Shown here one piece after another: positions 10,051-19,132 of a stretch of 64,000 nucleotides of DNA (its first letter is position 1; each line of letters opens with the position of its first letter). The notes under the pieces were generated by a model. The model was not told where the DNA came from, did not search any database, and worked only from the letters and a program-made list of their open reading frames with translations. The position numbers and the translations under genes are program-made. The stretch comes from Candidatus Limnocylindria bacterium. GTDB taxonomy: Bacteria; Chloroflexota; Limnocylindria; Limnocylindrales; CSP1-4. The stretch is from contig DATKBR010000025.1 in the NCBI GenBank assembly GCA_035513775.1, forward strand, positions 3,240-67,239, written 5' to 3'.

Positions 10051-11766
10051 ATCGCAGCCCACGACACGGAAGAAGCGACCGCGCTGGCGGCCCTGGGCCG
10101 TACTCTTGCGTCCATCGCACGGTCCCGATTCGATCTGGACGACGTCCTCCAGTCCGTCGTCGTGGAAGCCGCGGGGCTGTGCGACGCCGACTCCGCGAAC
10201 ATCGCGGTGCGCGATGGCGATGCCTACCGAATGCGCGCCTTCACCGGCTTCTCCCCGGAGTTCGAGGAGTTGGTGCGAGGCGTCGTCTACACCCCCGACC
10301 GCCAGTCGGTCGTCGGCCGAGCGCTCCTCGATGGACGCGTCGTGCACATCGAGGACGTTCTCGCGGACCCGGAGTTCAGCACCGATACGACGCAGGCTGC
10401 TGTCCGACGCGCCGGCGGGTTCCGCACCGACCTCGGTGTGCCCATCCGCTACGATGGCCAGCTGATCGGGGTGATCGCGGCCGCGCGGAATGAGGTCCGC
10501 CCCTTCTCCAGCCAGGAGCTCGACCTCGTCCAGCAGTTCGCCGACCAGGCAGCGATCGCCATCAACCTCGCCCGGCTCCTCGCCGAGACGCACGACGCGC
10601 TCGAGCGCGAGATGGCTGTCGGGCAGGTCCTGCGATCGATCTCCCGATCGACGTTTGACCTTGACGCCGTCCTGCAGACCGTCCTCGACTCTGCGGTTCG
10701 CCTCACACGCGCCGATCAGGGGAACATCCTCCGAGATGCCGGCGGCGTCTTCCGTGCCCGGGCCTTCAGCCACGACGTGCCCCAGGAGTTCCGCGACATC
10801 ATCTCCGCCATCTCGTTCAAGCCGGAGCGCGGGTCGGCGATGGGCCGGGCGCTCCTTGAGCGACAGGTGGTCCAGATTGTGGACGTGCTGGCCGACCCGG
10901 AATACGAGCTCGCGGACGCCCAGCGTGTCGTCGCCTTCCGGACGATCCTTGGCGCGCCTTTGCTTCGTGACGGCGAGCCGATCGGCGTCCTGTCGGTGTG
11001 GCGCCGAGAAGTCCACCCCTTCAGCTCGACGGAGCTGACGCTCCTCTCGACGTTCGCAGATCAGGCGGTGCTCGCCATCGAGAGCGCCCGGCTCTTCGAG
11101 ACGATCGAGCGTCAGCGCACAGAGCTGGCCAGGTATGCCCCACAGGCGGCGGAGTTGCTGTCCTCGCCCGAAGGCGAGCAGCTCCTTGCGGGCCATCGGC
11201 GGGAGATCACGGCGCTGTTCGCCGATCTCCGCGGCTTCACCGCGTTCGCCGAACGCGCCGACCCCGAGGAGGTGCTGGGCGTGCTGCGGCAGTACCACGT
11301 GACGGTGGGCGAGCTTGCCGTCGCCAACGGCGGCACGGTCGAGCATTTTGCCGGGGATGGGCTAATGGTCTTCTTCAACGATCCGACGCCGATCCCCGAC
11401 CACCAGCTCGCCGCCGTTCGAACCTCGTGCGAGATGCGCGATCGTTTCGCCAAGCTGTCCACGGCGTGGCGGAAGCGTGGCTACGAGCTCGGCCTGGGCA
11501 TCGGTATCGCCACGGGCTACGCGACGATTGGCCGGATCGGCTTCGAGGGTCGCTACGACTATGGGGCCGTGGGGACGTCCGTGATCCTCGCCTCGCGCCT
11601 GTCCTCGGCCGCGAAGGCCGGCCAGATCCTGATCAGCCAGCGCGTGATGGCCGTGGTCGAGGACGCGGTCGAGACCGAAGCGGTCCCGGACCTCGACCTG
11701 AAGGGTTTCAGCAACGCGACCTCCGCCCACGCGGTTCGTACCTGCTTGGACCGGCCTACATCGTGA
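10051..11766 (+). CDS. GAF-GAF class III adenylate/guanylate cyclase (start codon uncertain; track ORF begins at GTG 10162)
   Basis: Two GAF-like segments, then a cyclase homology domain (ITALFADLRGFTAF...FAGDGLMVFFNDP...GIGIATGYATIGRIGFEGRYDYGAVGTSVILASRL). The frame is open from the map stop. GAF helix 1 (LDDVLQSVV) lies upstream of GTG 10162. AGGAGGG at 10037-10043 sits 7 nt before an in-frame ATC at 10051. Confidence 0.8.
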   Translation: MAAHDTEEATALAALGRTLASIARSRFDLDDVLQSVVVEAAGLCDADSANIAVRDGDAYRMRAFTGFSPEFEELVRGVVYTPDRQSVVGRALLDGRVVHIEDVLADPEFSTDTTQAAVRRAGGFRTDLGVPIRYDGQLIGVIAAARNEVRPFSSQELDLVQQFADQAAIAINLARLLAETHDALEREMAVGQVLRSISRSTFDLDAVLQTVLDSAVRLTRADQGNILRDAGGVFRARAFSHDVPQEFRDIISAISFKPERGSAMGRALLERQVVQIVDVLADPEYELADAQRVVAFRTILGAPLLRDGEPIGVLSVWRREVHPFSSTELTLLSTFADQAVLAIESARLFETIERQRTELARYAPQAAELLSSPEGEQLLAGHRREITALFADLRGFTAFAERADPEEVLGVLRQYHVTVGELAVANGGTVEHFAGDGLMVFFNDPTPIPDHQLAAVRTSCEMRDRFAKLSTAWRKRGYELGLGIGIATGYATIGRIGFEGRYDYGAVGTSVILASRLSSAAKAGQILISQRVMAVVEDAVETEAVPDLDLKGFSNATSAHAVRTCLDRPTS

Positions 11767-11779
11767 CGGTGCACCCTGT

Positions 11780-11809
11780 TTGTCAGGAACTGGCAAGTCC
11801 TGATATGCT
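11780..11809 (+). promoter_or_regulatory. Sigma-70-like promoter candidate for infA-rpmJ-rpsM-rpsK-rpsD-rpoA-rplQ
   Basis: TTGTCA (11780-11785), 18-nt spacer, TATGCT (11804-11809), about 65 nt upstream of the infA GTG. Sequence match only. Confidence 0.45.
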
Positions 11810-11873
11810 GCGCTTTCGTGTGTCGGTCCCGGTGGGCCGGCATTCCGTGTGAGAAAGGGACCCAGCACCGCCC

Positions 11874-12092
11874 GTGGCGAAACGAGATGCGATCGAGGTC
11901 GAAGGCACGGTCGTCGAACCATTGCCGAACACCATGTTCGCCGTCGAGCTGGAGAACGGGCATCGCGTGCTGGCGCATATCTCCGGAAAGCTTCGGATGA
12001 ACTTCATCCGGATCCTGCCCGGCGACCGCGTGCGAGTAGAGCTTTCGCCCTACGACCTGACGCGCGGCCGGATCACGTACCGCCTGAAGTGA
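11874..12092 (+). CDS. infA: Translation initiation factor IF-1
   Basis: 72 aa, GTG start. [52 protein letters not shown] is canonical IF-1. Confidence 0.96.
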   Translation: MAKRDAIEVEGTVVEPLPNTMFAVELENGHRVLAHISGKLRMNFIRILPGDRVRVELSPYDLTRGRITYRLK

Positions 12093-12132
12093 GTGCGTCC
12101 GTAAACGGGCGTTCGCGAGTGACGAGGAAACG

Positions 12133-12246
12133 TTGAAAGTTAGAGCCTCAATCAAGGCCCGCTGCGACAACTGCAAGGTGATTCGCCGTCACGGCACCGT
12201 GATGGTCATCTGCACGAACCCCAAGCACAAGCAGCGGCAGGGGTAG
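12133..12246 (+). CDS. rpmJ: 50S ribosomal protein L36 (zinc form)
   Basis: Not in the ORF track because it is short. TTG start with GAGGAAA upstream. Translation (M)[36 protein letters not shown], 37 aa. Confidence 0.93.
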   Translation: MKVRASIKARCDNCKVIRRHGTVMVICTNPKHKQRQG

Positions 12247-12253
12247 CGGACCG

Positions 12254-12631
12254 ATGGCACGCATCGCCGGCGTCGACATCCCCCGCGAGAAGCGGGTGGA
12301 GGTCGCCCTCACCTATATCTTCGGCATCGGGCTGCCGACGGCCCAGAAGATCCTCGTCCAGACGAGCGTCAACTCCGACACCCGCGTCCGCGATCTCACC
12401 GAGGAGCAGGTCAACCGGCTCCGTGAAGTCGTCGACCGTCGCTACAAGGTCGAGGGCGACCTGCGGCGCGAGGTGGCCCTCAACGTGAAGCGACTCCAGG
12501 AGATCGGCTCGTACCGCGGCCTCCGCCACCGGCGGAACCTGCCCGTGCGCGGGCAGCGGACCAAGACCAACGCGCGCCAGCGGCGCGGCCCGAAGCGCAC
12601 GGTTGGCGCTCGGCGCAAGGCCACGAAGTAG
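12254..12631 (+). CDS. rpsM: 30S ribosomal protein S13
   Basis: 125 aa. [26 protein letters not shown]. Confidence 0.97.
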   Translation: MARIAGVDIPREKRVEVALTYIFGIGLPTAQKILVQTSVNSDTRVRDLTEEQVNRLREVVDRRYKVEGDLRREVALNVKRLQEIGSYRGLRHRRNLPVRGQRTKTNARQRRGPKRTVGARRKATK

Positions 12632-12649
12632 AGGCGGGACGGATCCGAC

Positions 12650-13045
12650 ATGGCTGAACGCAAGAAGGCGGTCAAGCAGCGTCGCCGCGAGAAGAAGAAC
12701 GTGCCCCAGGGGCACGCGCACGTCCAGGCGTCGTTCAACAACACGATCATCACGATCACGGACCTCAACGGCGCCGTGGTGAGCTGGGGCTCCGCCGGCG
12801 TGGCCGGCTTCAAGGGCTCCCGCAAGAGCACGCCGTACGCCGCCGCGCTATCGGCCGAGGTGGCCGCGAGAAAGGCCATGGAGCACGGCATGCGCCAGGT
12901 CGAGGTATTCGTGAAGGGCCCCGGGGCGGGACGCGAGCAGGCCATCCGCTCGCTGCAGTCCGCCGGGCTGGAGGTCAGCGCCATCACCGACGTCACGCCG
13001 ATCCCGCATAACGGCTGCCGCCCGCCGAAGCGGCGAAGGGTCTGA
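12650..13045 (+). CDS. rpsK: 30S ribosomal protein S11
   Basis: 131 aa. [15 protein letters not shown] and [10 protein letters not shown] motifs. Confidence 0.97.
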   Translation: MAERKKAVKQRRREKKNVPQGHAHVQASFNNTIITITDLNGAVVSWGSAGVAGFKGSRKSTPYAAALSAEVAARKAMEHGMRQVEVFVKGPGAGREQAIRSLQSAGLEVSAITDVTPIPHNGCRPPKRRRV

Positions 13046-13049
13046 TCAG

Positions 13050-13676
13050 ATGGCCCGATACACCGCGTCCGTCTGCCGCCTGTGCCGCCGCGAGGGCGCC
13101 AAGCTTTTCCTGAAGGGCACCCGCTGCTACACAAAGAAGTGCTCGTTCGAGCGCCGGCCCACGCCGCCCGGCCAGCACGGCGTCCGCCGTCGCAAGATGG
13201 GCGACTACGGCATCCAGCTTCGCGAGAAGCAGAAGGTGCGCCGCGTGTACGGCGTCCTCGAGCGCCAGTTCCGCAACTACTTCAACGAGGCAGAGACCCA
13301 CGTCGGCGTGACCGGCGAGGCGCTCCTGCAGTCACTCGAGACCCGCCTCGACAACGTCGTCTTCCGCCTCGGCTTCGCGGCCTCGCGGGCCCAGGCGCGC
13401 CAGCTCGTGACCCACGGGCACTTCGCTGTGAACGGCGTGCCCACGAACGTAGCGTCCTACAAGATGAAGCCCGGTGACCGCGTGGAGGTTCGTGAGAGCC
13501 GCCGCGGGCGCGAGGCGTTCAAGGTCATCAAGGAGACGCTCCGTTCGCATACCGCCCCAGACTGGCTGAGCCTGGACGCTGCCAAGCTCTCCGGATCCGT
13601 CGCCAGCATTCCCCGCCGTGACCAGATGCCGCTCGACCTGACCGAGCAGCTCGTGGTCGAGTACTACTCGAGGTAG
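13050..13676 (+). CDS. rpsD: 30S ribosomal protein S4
   Basis: 208 aa. MARYTASVCRLCRREGAKLFLKG and an S4 RNA-binding domain. Confidence 0.97.
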   Translation: MARYTASVCRLCRREGAKLFLKGTRCYTKKCSFERRPTPPGQHGVRRRKMGDYGIQLREKQKVRRVYGVLERQFRNYFNEAETHVGVTGEALLQSLETRLDNVVFRLGFAASRAQARQLVTHGHFAVNGVPTNVASYKMKPGDRVEVRESRRGREAFKVIKETLRSHTAPDWLSLDAAKLSGSVASIPRRDQMPLDLTEQLVVEYYSR

Positions 13677-13684
13677 CCCGCCAC

Positions 13685-14680
13685 ATGATCGAACTCGAAA
13701 CCCCGCAGATCGAGCCCGTCGAAGAAGTCGGCACGTACGCCAAGTACGAGGTCGGACCGCTTCAGGCCGGCTATGGCGTGACCCTCGGCAACTCGCTGCG
13801 ACGCGTCCTGCTGTCGTCCCTCGAAGGCGCCGCCGTGACGTCGCTCCAGATCCGCGACATCTACCAGGAGTTCTCCACGATCCCCGGCGTCAAGGAAGAC
13901 GTCACCCAGATCGTGTTGAACGTCAAGAGGCTGCGCATGAAGAGCTTCGCGACGCACCCGGTCCAGCTCCGGCTGACCAAGAGCGGCGCGGGCCCGGTCC
14001 TTGCCGCGGACGTGATGGAGTCGGCGGACGTCGAGATCGTCAACCGCGACCTCGTCCTGATGACCCTCGACTCCGACGACGTGACCATCGACATGGACAT
14101 GACCGTCGAGCGCGGCGTCGGCTACCTCGGCGTCGAGCGTACCGAGGCGCTGCCGATCGGGGTCATCGCGGTCGACGCTATCTTCACCCCGGTCCGGAAG
14201 GTCAACTACTGGGTCGAGAGCACGCGCGTCGGCCAGGTGACCAACTTCGACAAGCTGACCATCGAGATCGAGACCGACGGCACGATTGGGCCCGAGGAGG
14301 CGCTCAGCCGCGCCGCCTCGATCCTCATCGAGCAGTTCCGTCCCTTCGTCACGATCGGCCAGGCCACGATGCCTGCCGAGCGCGGCGTCCCGGGCGTCCC
14401 GCAGCTGCCGCCGAACATGCTCGACATGCCCATCGAGGAGCTCGATCTCCCGATGCGCGCCTACAACTCGCTCAAGCGCAACAACATCGTCAAGGTCGGG
14501 CAGCTCCTCCAGCTCAAGGACGAGGACCTGCTCCGCATGCGCAACTTCGGCAAGAAGTCGCTGGACGAGATGAAGGAGCGGCTGCGCATGCGCGGCTTCA
14601 TCCTCCCCGAGACGGAGCCGTCCGAGTTCGACGCCGACGAGGCCGAGGACGAGACCCCGTTCGAGGACGAGGACGCCTGA
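13685..14680 (+). CDS. rpoA: DNA-directed RNA polymerase subunit alpha
   Basis: 331 aa. LGNSLRRVLLSSLEGAAVT in the NTD, ELDLPMRAYNSLKRNNI in the CTD, acidic C-terminal tail. Confidence 0.97.
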   Translation: MIELETPQIEPVEEVGTYAKYEVGPLQAGYGVTLGNSLRRVLLSSLEGAAVTSLQIRDIYQEFSTIPGVKEDVTQIVLNVKRLRMKSFATHPVQLRLTKSGAGPVLAADVMESADVEIVNRDLVLMTLDSDDVTIDMDMTVERGVGYLGVERTEALPIGVIAVDAIFTPVRKVNYWVESTRVGQVTNFDKLTIEIETDGTIGPEEALSRAASILIEQFRPFVTIGQATMPAERGVPGVPQLPPNMLDMPIEELDLPMRAYNSLKRNNIVKVGQLLQLKDEDLLRMRNFGKKSLDEMKERLRMRGFILPETEPSEFDADEAEDETPFEDEDA

Positions 14681-14683
14681 GCC

Positions 14684-15040
14684 ATGTCCTCCCACCGGGT
14701 CGACGGCCGCAAGCTGGGCCGGAAGATGGGCCCTCGCCTCGCGCTGTTCAAGAACCTCACGGTCTCGGTGCTGCGCTATGAGCGCGTGAAGACCACCGAG
14801 GCGAAGGCCAAGGAGATCCAGGGTCGCGTCGAGAAGGCCATAACGCTCGCCAAGCGCGGCGACCTGTCGGCCCGCCGGGCGATCGTCTCCCAGTTTCCCA
14901 ATGAGCCGCTCGTCGTGACCAAGCTGTTCGACGAGATCGGACCCAAGTACGCGGATCGATCGTCCGGGTTCACCCGGATCGTCAAGCTCGGGCCACGGTC
15001 CGGGGATGCCGCGGAGATCGTCCAGATCGAACTGGTATAG
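14684..15040 (+). CDS. rplQ: 50S ribosomal protein L17
   Basis: 118 aa. LGRKMGPRLALFKNL and GFTRIVKLGPRSGDAAE motifs. Confidence 0.95.
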   Translation: MSSHRVDGRKLGRKMGPRLALFKNLTVSVLRYERVKTTEAKAKEIQGRVEKAITLAKRGDLSARRAIVSQFPNEPLVVTKLFDEIGPKYADRSSGFTRIVKLGPRSGDAAEIVQIELV

Positions 15041-15042
15041 GC

Positions 15043-15852
15043 ATGCCCGAGAGGGCGGCACGTGGGCGGACCGTTCGACGGTTCAGGGCCACGGTTGAAT
15101 ACGACGGCACGGAGTTCGCTGGCTTCCAGATCCAACCGGGAGCCAGGACCGTCCAGGGAGAGCTCGAGGCCGCGCTGGCCCGCCTGTCAGGTGGGATTCG
15201 CCAGGCGGTCGTGGGCGCCGGACGGACCGACGCCGGGGTGCATGCCACGGGCCAGGTGATCGCATTCACCTACCCCGGCAGCCTCACGGCCGAGGCCCTT
15301 TCTGAGGCGCTCAACGGGATGCTCCCGCCGGATGTCGCGATAAGCGGCCTCCGTCGGGCGCCCGCCGGGTTCAATCCACGCTACGCGGCCCGCTACCGGG
15401 AGTACCGGTACACCATCTGGAACGGACCGCGCAGCCCGCTTCGGGAGCGAACGTCGCTCTGGATGCGGAACGACCTGGACGTCACCGCGATGGCGGAGGC
15501 CGCGGCGGCCCTGGAGGGTCGCCACGACTTCAGTCCGTTCGGTGGGGCCGATCCGCAGCCGGTCCGGACCGTTCATCGGCTCCGGGTCCGGCGAACCGGG
15601 TCTACGGTGACGATCGACGTGCGGGCCGACGCGTTCCTGCGCGGCATGGTGCGACGGATCGTCGCAGCCCTGCTGGCGGTGGGGATGGGCCGGCTCAAGG
15701 CCTCGGCAGTGCCGGGACTGCTCACCGCTGGGGAACCGGCACTGGGCGGCGCCGCGGCGCCGGCTCGGGGGCTCTGCCTCCGGAAGGTCGCCCTCGGGCG
15801 GCGAACCGGGCGGGCAGGCAACGACAAGGACGCAGGACACGAGGAACGATGA
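15043..15852 (+). CDS. truA: tRNA pseudouridine(38-40) synthase
   Basis: 269 aa. EYDGTEFAGFQIQ and GAGRTDAGVHATGQV (catalytic Asp motif). Confidence 0.92.
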   Translation: MPERAARGRTVRRFRATVEYDGTEFAGFQIQPGARTVQGELEAALARLSGGIRQAVVGAGRTDAGVHATGQVIAFTYPGSLTAEALSEALNGMLPPDVAISGLRRAPAGFNPRYAARYREYRYTIWNGPRSPLRERTSLWMRNDLDVTAMAEAAAALEGRHDFSPFGGADPQPVRTVHRLRVRRTGSTVTIDVRADAFLRGMVRRIVAALLAVGMGRLKASAVPGLLTAGEPALGGAAAPARGLCLRKVALGRRTGRAGNDKDAGHEER

Positions 15853-16280
15853 ACACCAAGACGTACACCGCGAGAGAGAGCGAGATCGAGCGCAGCTGGT
15901 TCGTCGTCGATGCGACGAACGAGACGCTGGGTCGCCTCGCCTCGCGCGTGGCCCATGTCCTCGAGGGCAAGCACAAGCCGACCTGGACCCCGAACCTCGA
16001 CACCGGGGACCACGTGATCGTGCTCAACGCCCGCAAGATCTCGGTCTCGGCAGCGAAGCTCACGACCAAGTCGTACGCACGCCACAGCGGTCACCCGCAG
16101 GGCTTCAAGGAGGAGGCGCTGGGCAAGCTGCTGGAGCGGCGGCCCGAGGAGGTCGTCCGGCGGGCGATCAAGGGCATGATGCCCCACACTCGACTCGGCG
16201 CCCAGCAGCTGCGCAAGCTGAAGATCTACGCCGATTCGGACCATCCCCATCAGGCTCAGCAGCCTGAGCCGCTCGCCTGA
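15849..16280 (+). CDS. rplM: 50S ribosomal protein L13
   Basis: 143 aa. ATGA overlap with tru[29 protein letters not shown]. Confidence 0.96.
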   Translation: MNTKTYTARESEIERSWFVVDATNETLGRLASRVAHVLEGKHKPTWTPNLDTGDHVIVLNARKISVSAAKLTTKSYARHSGHPQGFKEEALGKLLERRPEEVVRRAIKGMMPHTRLGAQQLRKLKIYADSDHPHQAQQPEPLA

Positions 16281-16294
16281 CGGAGACGCCCTTC

Positions 16295-16693
16295 ATGCCT
16301 GTTACCCCAGCCTTCAACTCCGGCACCGGCCGACGCAAGACGGCCGTCGCTCGCGTCCGGCTCCTGCCGGGCGAGGGTGAGATCGTGATCAACGGCCGCT
16401 CGTTCGTGGAGCACTTCGGTGCCGCGATAGACGAGGCCGAGGTGCGGATGCCGTTCCGCGTGACGAACACGGACGGGCGCTTCAACGCCATGATCAAGGT
16501 CGAGGGCGGCGGGGTGAACGGGCAGGCCGGCGCGGTCCGCCACGGGATCGCCCGCGCTCTGCTCGAGATCGACGAGGCGCACCGTGTCGTCCTTCGCCAG
16601 GCCGGCCTCCTGACCCGCGACCCGCGGATGAAGGAGCGCAAGAAGTACGGCCTGAAGCGCGCCCGCAAGGCGCCTCAGTACACCAAGCGCTAG
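16295..16693 (+). CDS. rpsI: 30S ribosomal protein S9
   Basis: 132 aa. [12 protein letters not shown] and a C-terminal [17 protein letters not shown]. Confidence 0.96.
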   Translation: MPVTPAFNSGTGRRKTAVARVRLLPGEGEIVINGRSFVEHFGAAIDEAEVRMPFRVTNTDGRFNAMIKVEGGGVNGQAGAVRHGIARALLEIDEAHRVVLRQAGLLTRDPRMKERKKYGLKRARKAPQYTKR

Positions 16694-16708
16694 TCCGGGC
16701 GCGAGGCC

Positions 16709-16755
16709 ACTTGGGCGCCGGGCACGCGGGCGCCAGGCCACGCGGGCGCCAGGCT
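16709..16755. repeat. Three tandem copies of a 15-16-nt motif (ACGCGGGCGCCAGGC-like) just downstream of rpsI
   Basis: Copies at 16709-16723 (degenerate), 16724-16739 and 16740-16755, read directly from the sequence. Confidence 0.7.
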
Positions 16756-16823
16756 GCCGCAGTACGGTGCGCGGCGTCACGCAGTACCTCGGGTGGTGGG
16801 CGGCCACGGCCCGTGACGCGCTA

Positions 16824-16857
16824 GGCTCCCTCGCGTGAACGGCTCCCTCGCGTGAAC
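16824..16857 (+). repeat. Perfect 17-bp tandem duplication (GGCTCCCTCGCGTGAAC x2) spanning the start codon of the TPR-like gene
   Basis: Copies at 16824-16840 and 16841-16857. Creates a 6-codon mini-ORF (GTG 16835 to TGA 16853-16855) whose stop overlaps the GTG at 16852 (GTGA). Confidence 0.85.
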
Positions 16858-17991
16858 GGCTCTCTCTTCGACCAGTACAAGGCCGCGCTCCGGCGCGGCC
16901 ACCTCGCGGCGCTGGCCGGCGATCTCGAGGGGGCGCTCGAGGCCTACGGCGAAGCGGCACGCCTGGTTCCCGAGCGGGCGCTCCCCATCGCGAGCCAGGG
17001 CACCGTCCTGCATCGCCTCGACCGGTGGCCGGAGGCCGCGGAGGCGTTCGACCTGGCGCTCCGGCTTGCCCCCGACGACGAGGCGGCGCTGCGCGCCCGG
17101 GCCGTGGCGCGTGCCGAACGCGGGCTCCGGCCCGATGCGGCGGCGGACTTCGAACGACTGGCATTCGTGCTGGACGTCGGGAGCCGCTCCGGCGAGGCCG
17201 CCGCGGCGGCGCGACGTGCCGTCGATCTGGAGCCATCCGCGACGCGCGAGGTGCTTGCCGATCGGCTCGCCGCCGCAGCCGCGCACGTCGCAGGCCTCCA
17301 GCCGGCGCGCTCCATGCCGCTACCGCCGGACCGGGATGACGACGGTTTGGAGGAGCCCGACGGATCGCCAGCGATCGATCCCGACCTCGCCGGGGAGGCC
17401 CATAACGAGGGGGCAGTCGAGGCGGCCGCCGAGCCGATGACGAGGGGAGAACGAGATGCTGCCGCGGCCGCGCTCTCCGCCCGCATCGCCGAGCTCGGCA
17501 CGCAACCGAGCTGGGTCGACATGGAGGACCGGGCGATGGTCGCCGGCGCGACCGACGACGTCGACGCCGACGGGCGGCCGTGGCCCCCGATCGACCTGCC
17601 ATCGCCGCCGCCGCCGCCCATCGAAGGGCCGCCGCCGGATCCCGAGACGCTGCTCGCCGAGGCCGCCGCGCTCATCGAGGCCGGCGACCACGCGGCGGCG
17701 CACGAACGGATGCTGCTTGCCGTGAAGGTCCATCGCGAGGCCGGGCGGCTCGATGCCGCGCTCGAGGCGAGCCTGCAGCTGCTGACGACGGCACCCGGCG
17801 ACCCGCAGGTGCACCTCGCTCTCGCCAACCTCCAGCTGGACCGCGGCTGGACCAGCCTCGCCACCGAGAAGATCGAGCTGCTGCTCCGCCTGACGTCGCT
17901 GACCGGCGACACGCAGGCCACGGCGGATGCCCACGGCCTCGCCGCGGAGCGGCTGCGCGACGACGCCCTGACCACCACCAGCCCTCCCTGA
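16852..17991 (+). CDS. TPR-like helical-repeat protein (hypothetical)
   Basis: 379 aa. Ala/Leu-rich helical repeats at both ends (ALEAYGEAARLVPERA..., WPEAAEAFDLALRLAPDDEAAL..., VHLALANLQLDRGW) flank a Pro/Asp-rich linker. Family assignment is tentative. Confidence 0.55.
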   Translation: MNGSLFDQYKAALRRGHLAALAGDLEGALEAYGEAARLVPERALPIASQGTVLHRLDRWPEAAEAFDLALRLAPDDEAALRARAVARAERGLRPDAAADFERLAFVLDVGSRSGEAAAAARRAVDLEPSATREVLADRLAAAAAHVAGLQPARSMPLPPDRDDDGLEEPDGSPAIDPDLAGEAHNEGAVEAAAEPMTRGERDAAAAALSARIAELGTQPSWVDMEDRAMVAGATDDVDADGRPWPPIDLPSPPPPPIEGPPPDPETLLAEAAALIEAGDHAAAHERMLLAVKVHREAGRLDAALEASLQLLTTAPGDPQVHLALANLQLDRGWTSLATEKIELLLRLTSLTGDTQATADAHGLAAERLRDDALTTTSPP

Positions 17992-18052
17992 TCCGTTTGT
18001 CCCGGCCGCCGGGCGACTGACCGGCCGAACTCGCGCGGTACACTCGCCGCGC

Positions 18053-19132
18053 ATGCCGCAGCTCCTTGCTCCGATCCTGGATCAGGTTGACCTCGCGACC
18101 ATCCTGGACGTCGGGGTCACTGCGCTCCTGATCTACTGGCTGTTCAGCCTTATCCGGGGCACGAGCGCCGTTCGCCTCGTGATCGGGGTGACGGTCCTGT
18201 TCGTCGTGTACTTCACCGCGCGGATCCTGTCGCTGCCGCTGCTCACCCAGATCCTCGAGACCGGCGCCGTCGTCGGGCTGTTCGCGCTGGTCGTGGTCTT
18301 CCAGCCGGAACTGCGCCGCGCTCTCGACTCGATCGGCCGGGTTGGCTCGCTTGGCTGGCTGATGTCCGCCGAGACCCGGACGGCAGAGATCGTGGCCGCA
18401 GACGTCGCGCGCGCCGCCGCCGCGCTGTCCGCCGAGGGGCATGGTGCGCTGATCGTGATCGAGCGCGAGACCGGCCTCGAGCAGATGGCCGAGTCCGGCG
18501 TGATGATCCACGGGGACCTCTCCAGCGACCTGCTGCGGACGATCTTTTCGCCGAAGTCACCGTTGCACGATGGCGCCGTCATCATCCGCGGGACCAAGAT
18601 CGTCGCCGCCGGCACCGTTCTGCCGTTGAGCGAAACAACGATCCACGCCGAGCGCTTCGGCACGCGCCACCGGGCGGCGCTGGGCACCACCGAGCAGACC
18701 GACGCGATCGTGGTCGTGGTCTCCGAGGAGAACGGCCAGGTGAGCTTCGTCCAGCGAGCGCGAATCGTGCGCAACCTCAACGAAGGGCAGCTGGCGCGCG
18801 CGCTGCGCGGCCTCCTCGAACCCGGCGCCGAAAGCGCGCGCCTCCGCCTCCCGGGCGTGCCAGGGTCGGGCAGCCGGCGACTGCCGGACCTCGGCCGGGG
18901 GGTGCGGACCGGACGCCCCGACCTCCCGGGCGCGAGCGAGCCCATCCCGCCGGGCGAGTCGATGGTTGCCGAGGCGGATGCCGGCCCCGCCGGGTCACCG
19001 CCGCGTGCCGAGGCGGGCTCCCAGGTCGTGGTCGATGGCACGACGGACCGCGCCGTGGGAGCTGATGCGAGCGACGCCGACGCCCCGCGCGACGGGCGCG
19101 AGGCCGCTGGGACGCGCGGCGGGGCACCATGA
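18053..19132 (+). CDS. cdaA: Diadenylate cyclase CdaA (membrane-anchored DAC domain) with ~100-aa low-complexity C-terminal extension
   Basis: 359 aa. Three N-terminal TM segments, then the DAC motifs HDGAVII and FGTRHRAALG. Followed by cdaR and glmM. Confidence 0.9.
   Translation: MPQLLAPILDQVDLATILDVGVTALLIYWLFSLIRGTSAVRLVIGVTVLFVVYFTARILSLPLLTQILETGAVVGLFALVVVFQPELRRALDSIGRVGSLGWLMSAETRTAEIVAADVARAAAALSAEGHGALIVIERETGLEQMAESGVMIHGDLSSDLLRTIFSPKSPLHDGAVIIRGTKIVAAGTVLPLSETTIHAERFGTRHRAALGTTEQTDAIVVVVSEENGQVSFVQRARIVRNLNEGQLARALRGLLEPGAESARLRLPGVPGSGSRRLPDLGRGVRTGRPDLPGASEPIPPGESMVAEADAGPAGSPPRAEAGSQVVVDGTTDRAVGADASDADAPRDGREAAGTRGGAP

Noticed and set aside
16709-16755. The tandem 16-nt repeats considered as a mini CRISPR array.
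   Set aside because: The units are contiguous with no spacers, are too short, and there are no cas genes in the window.
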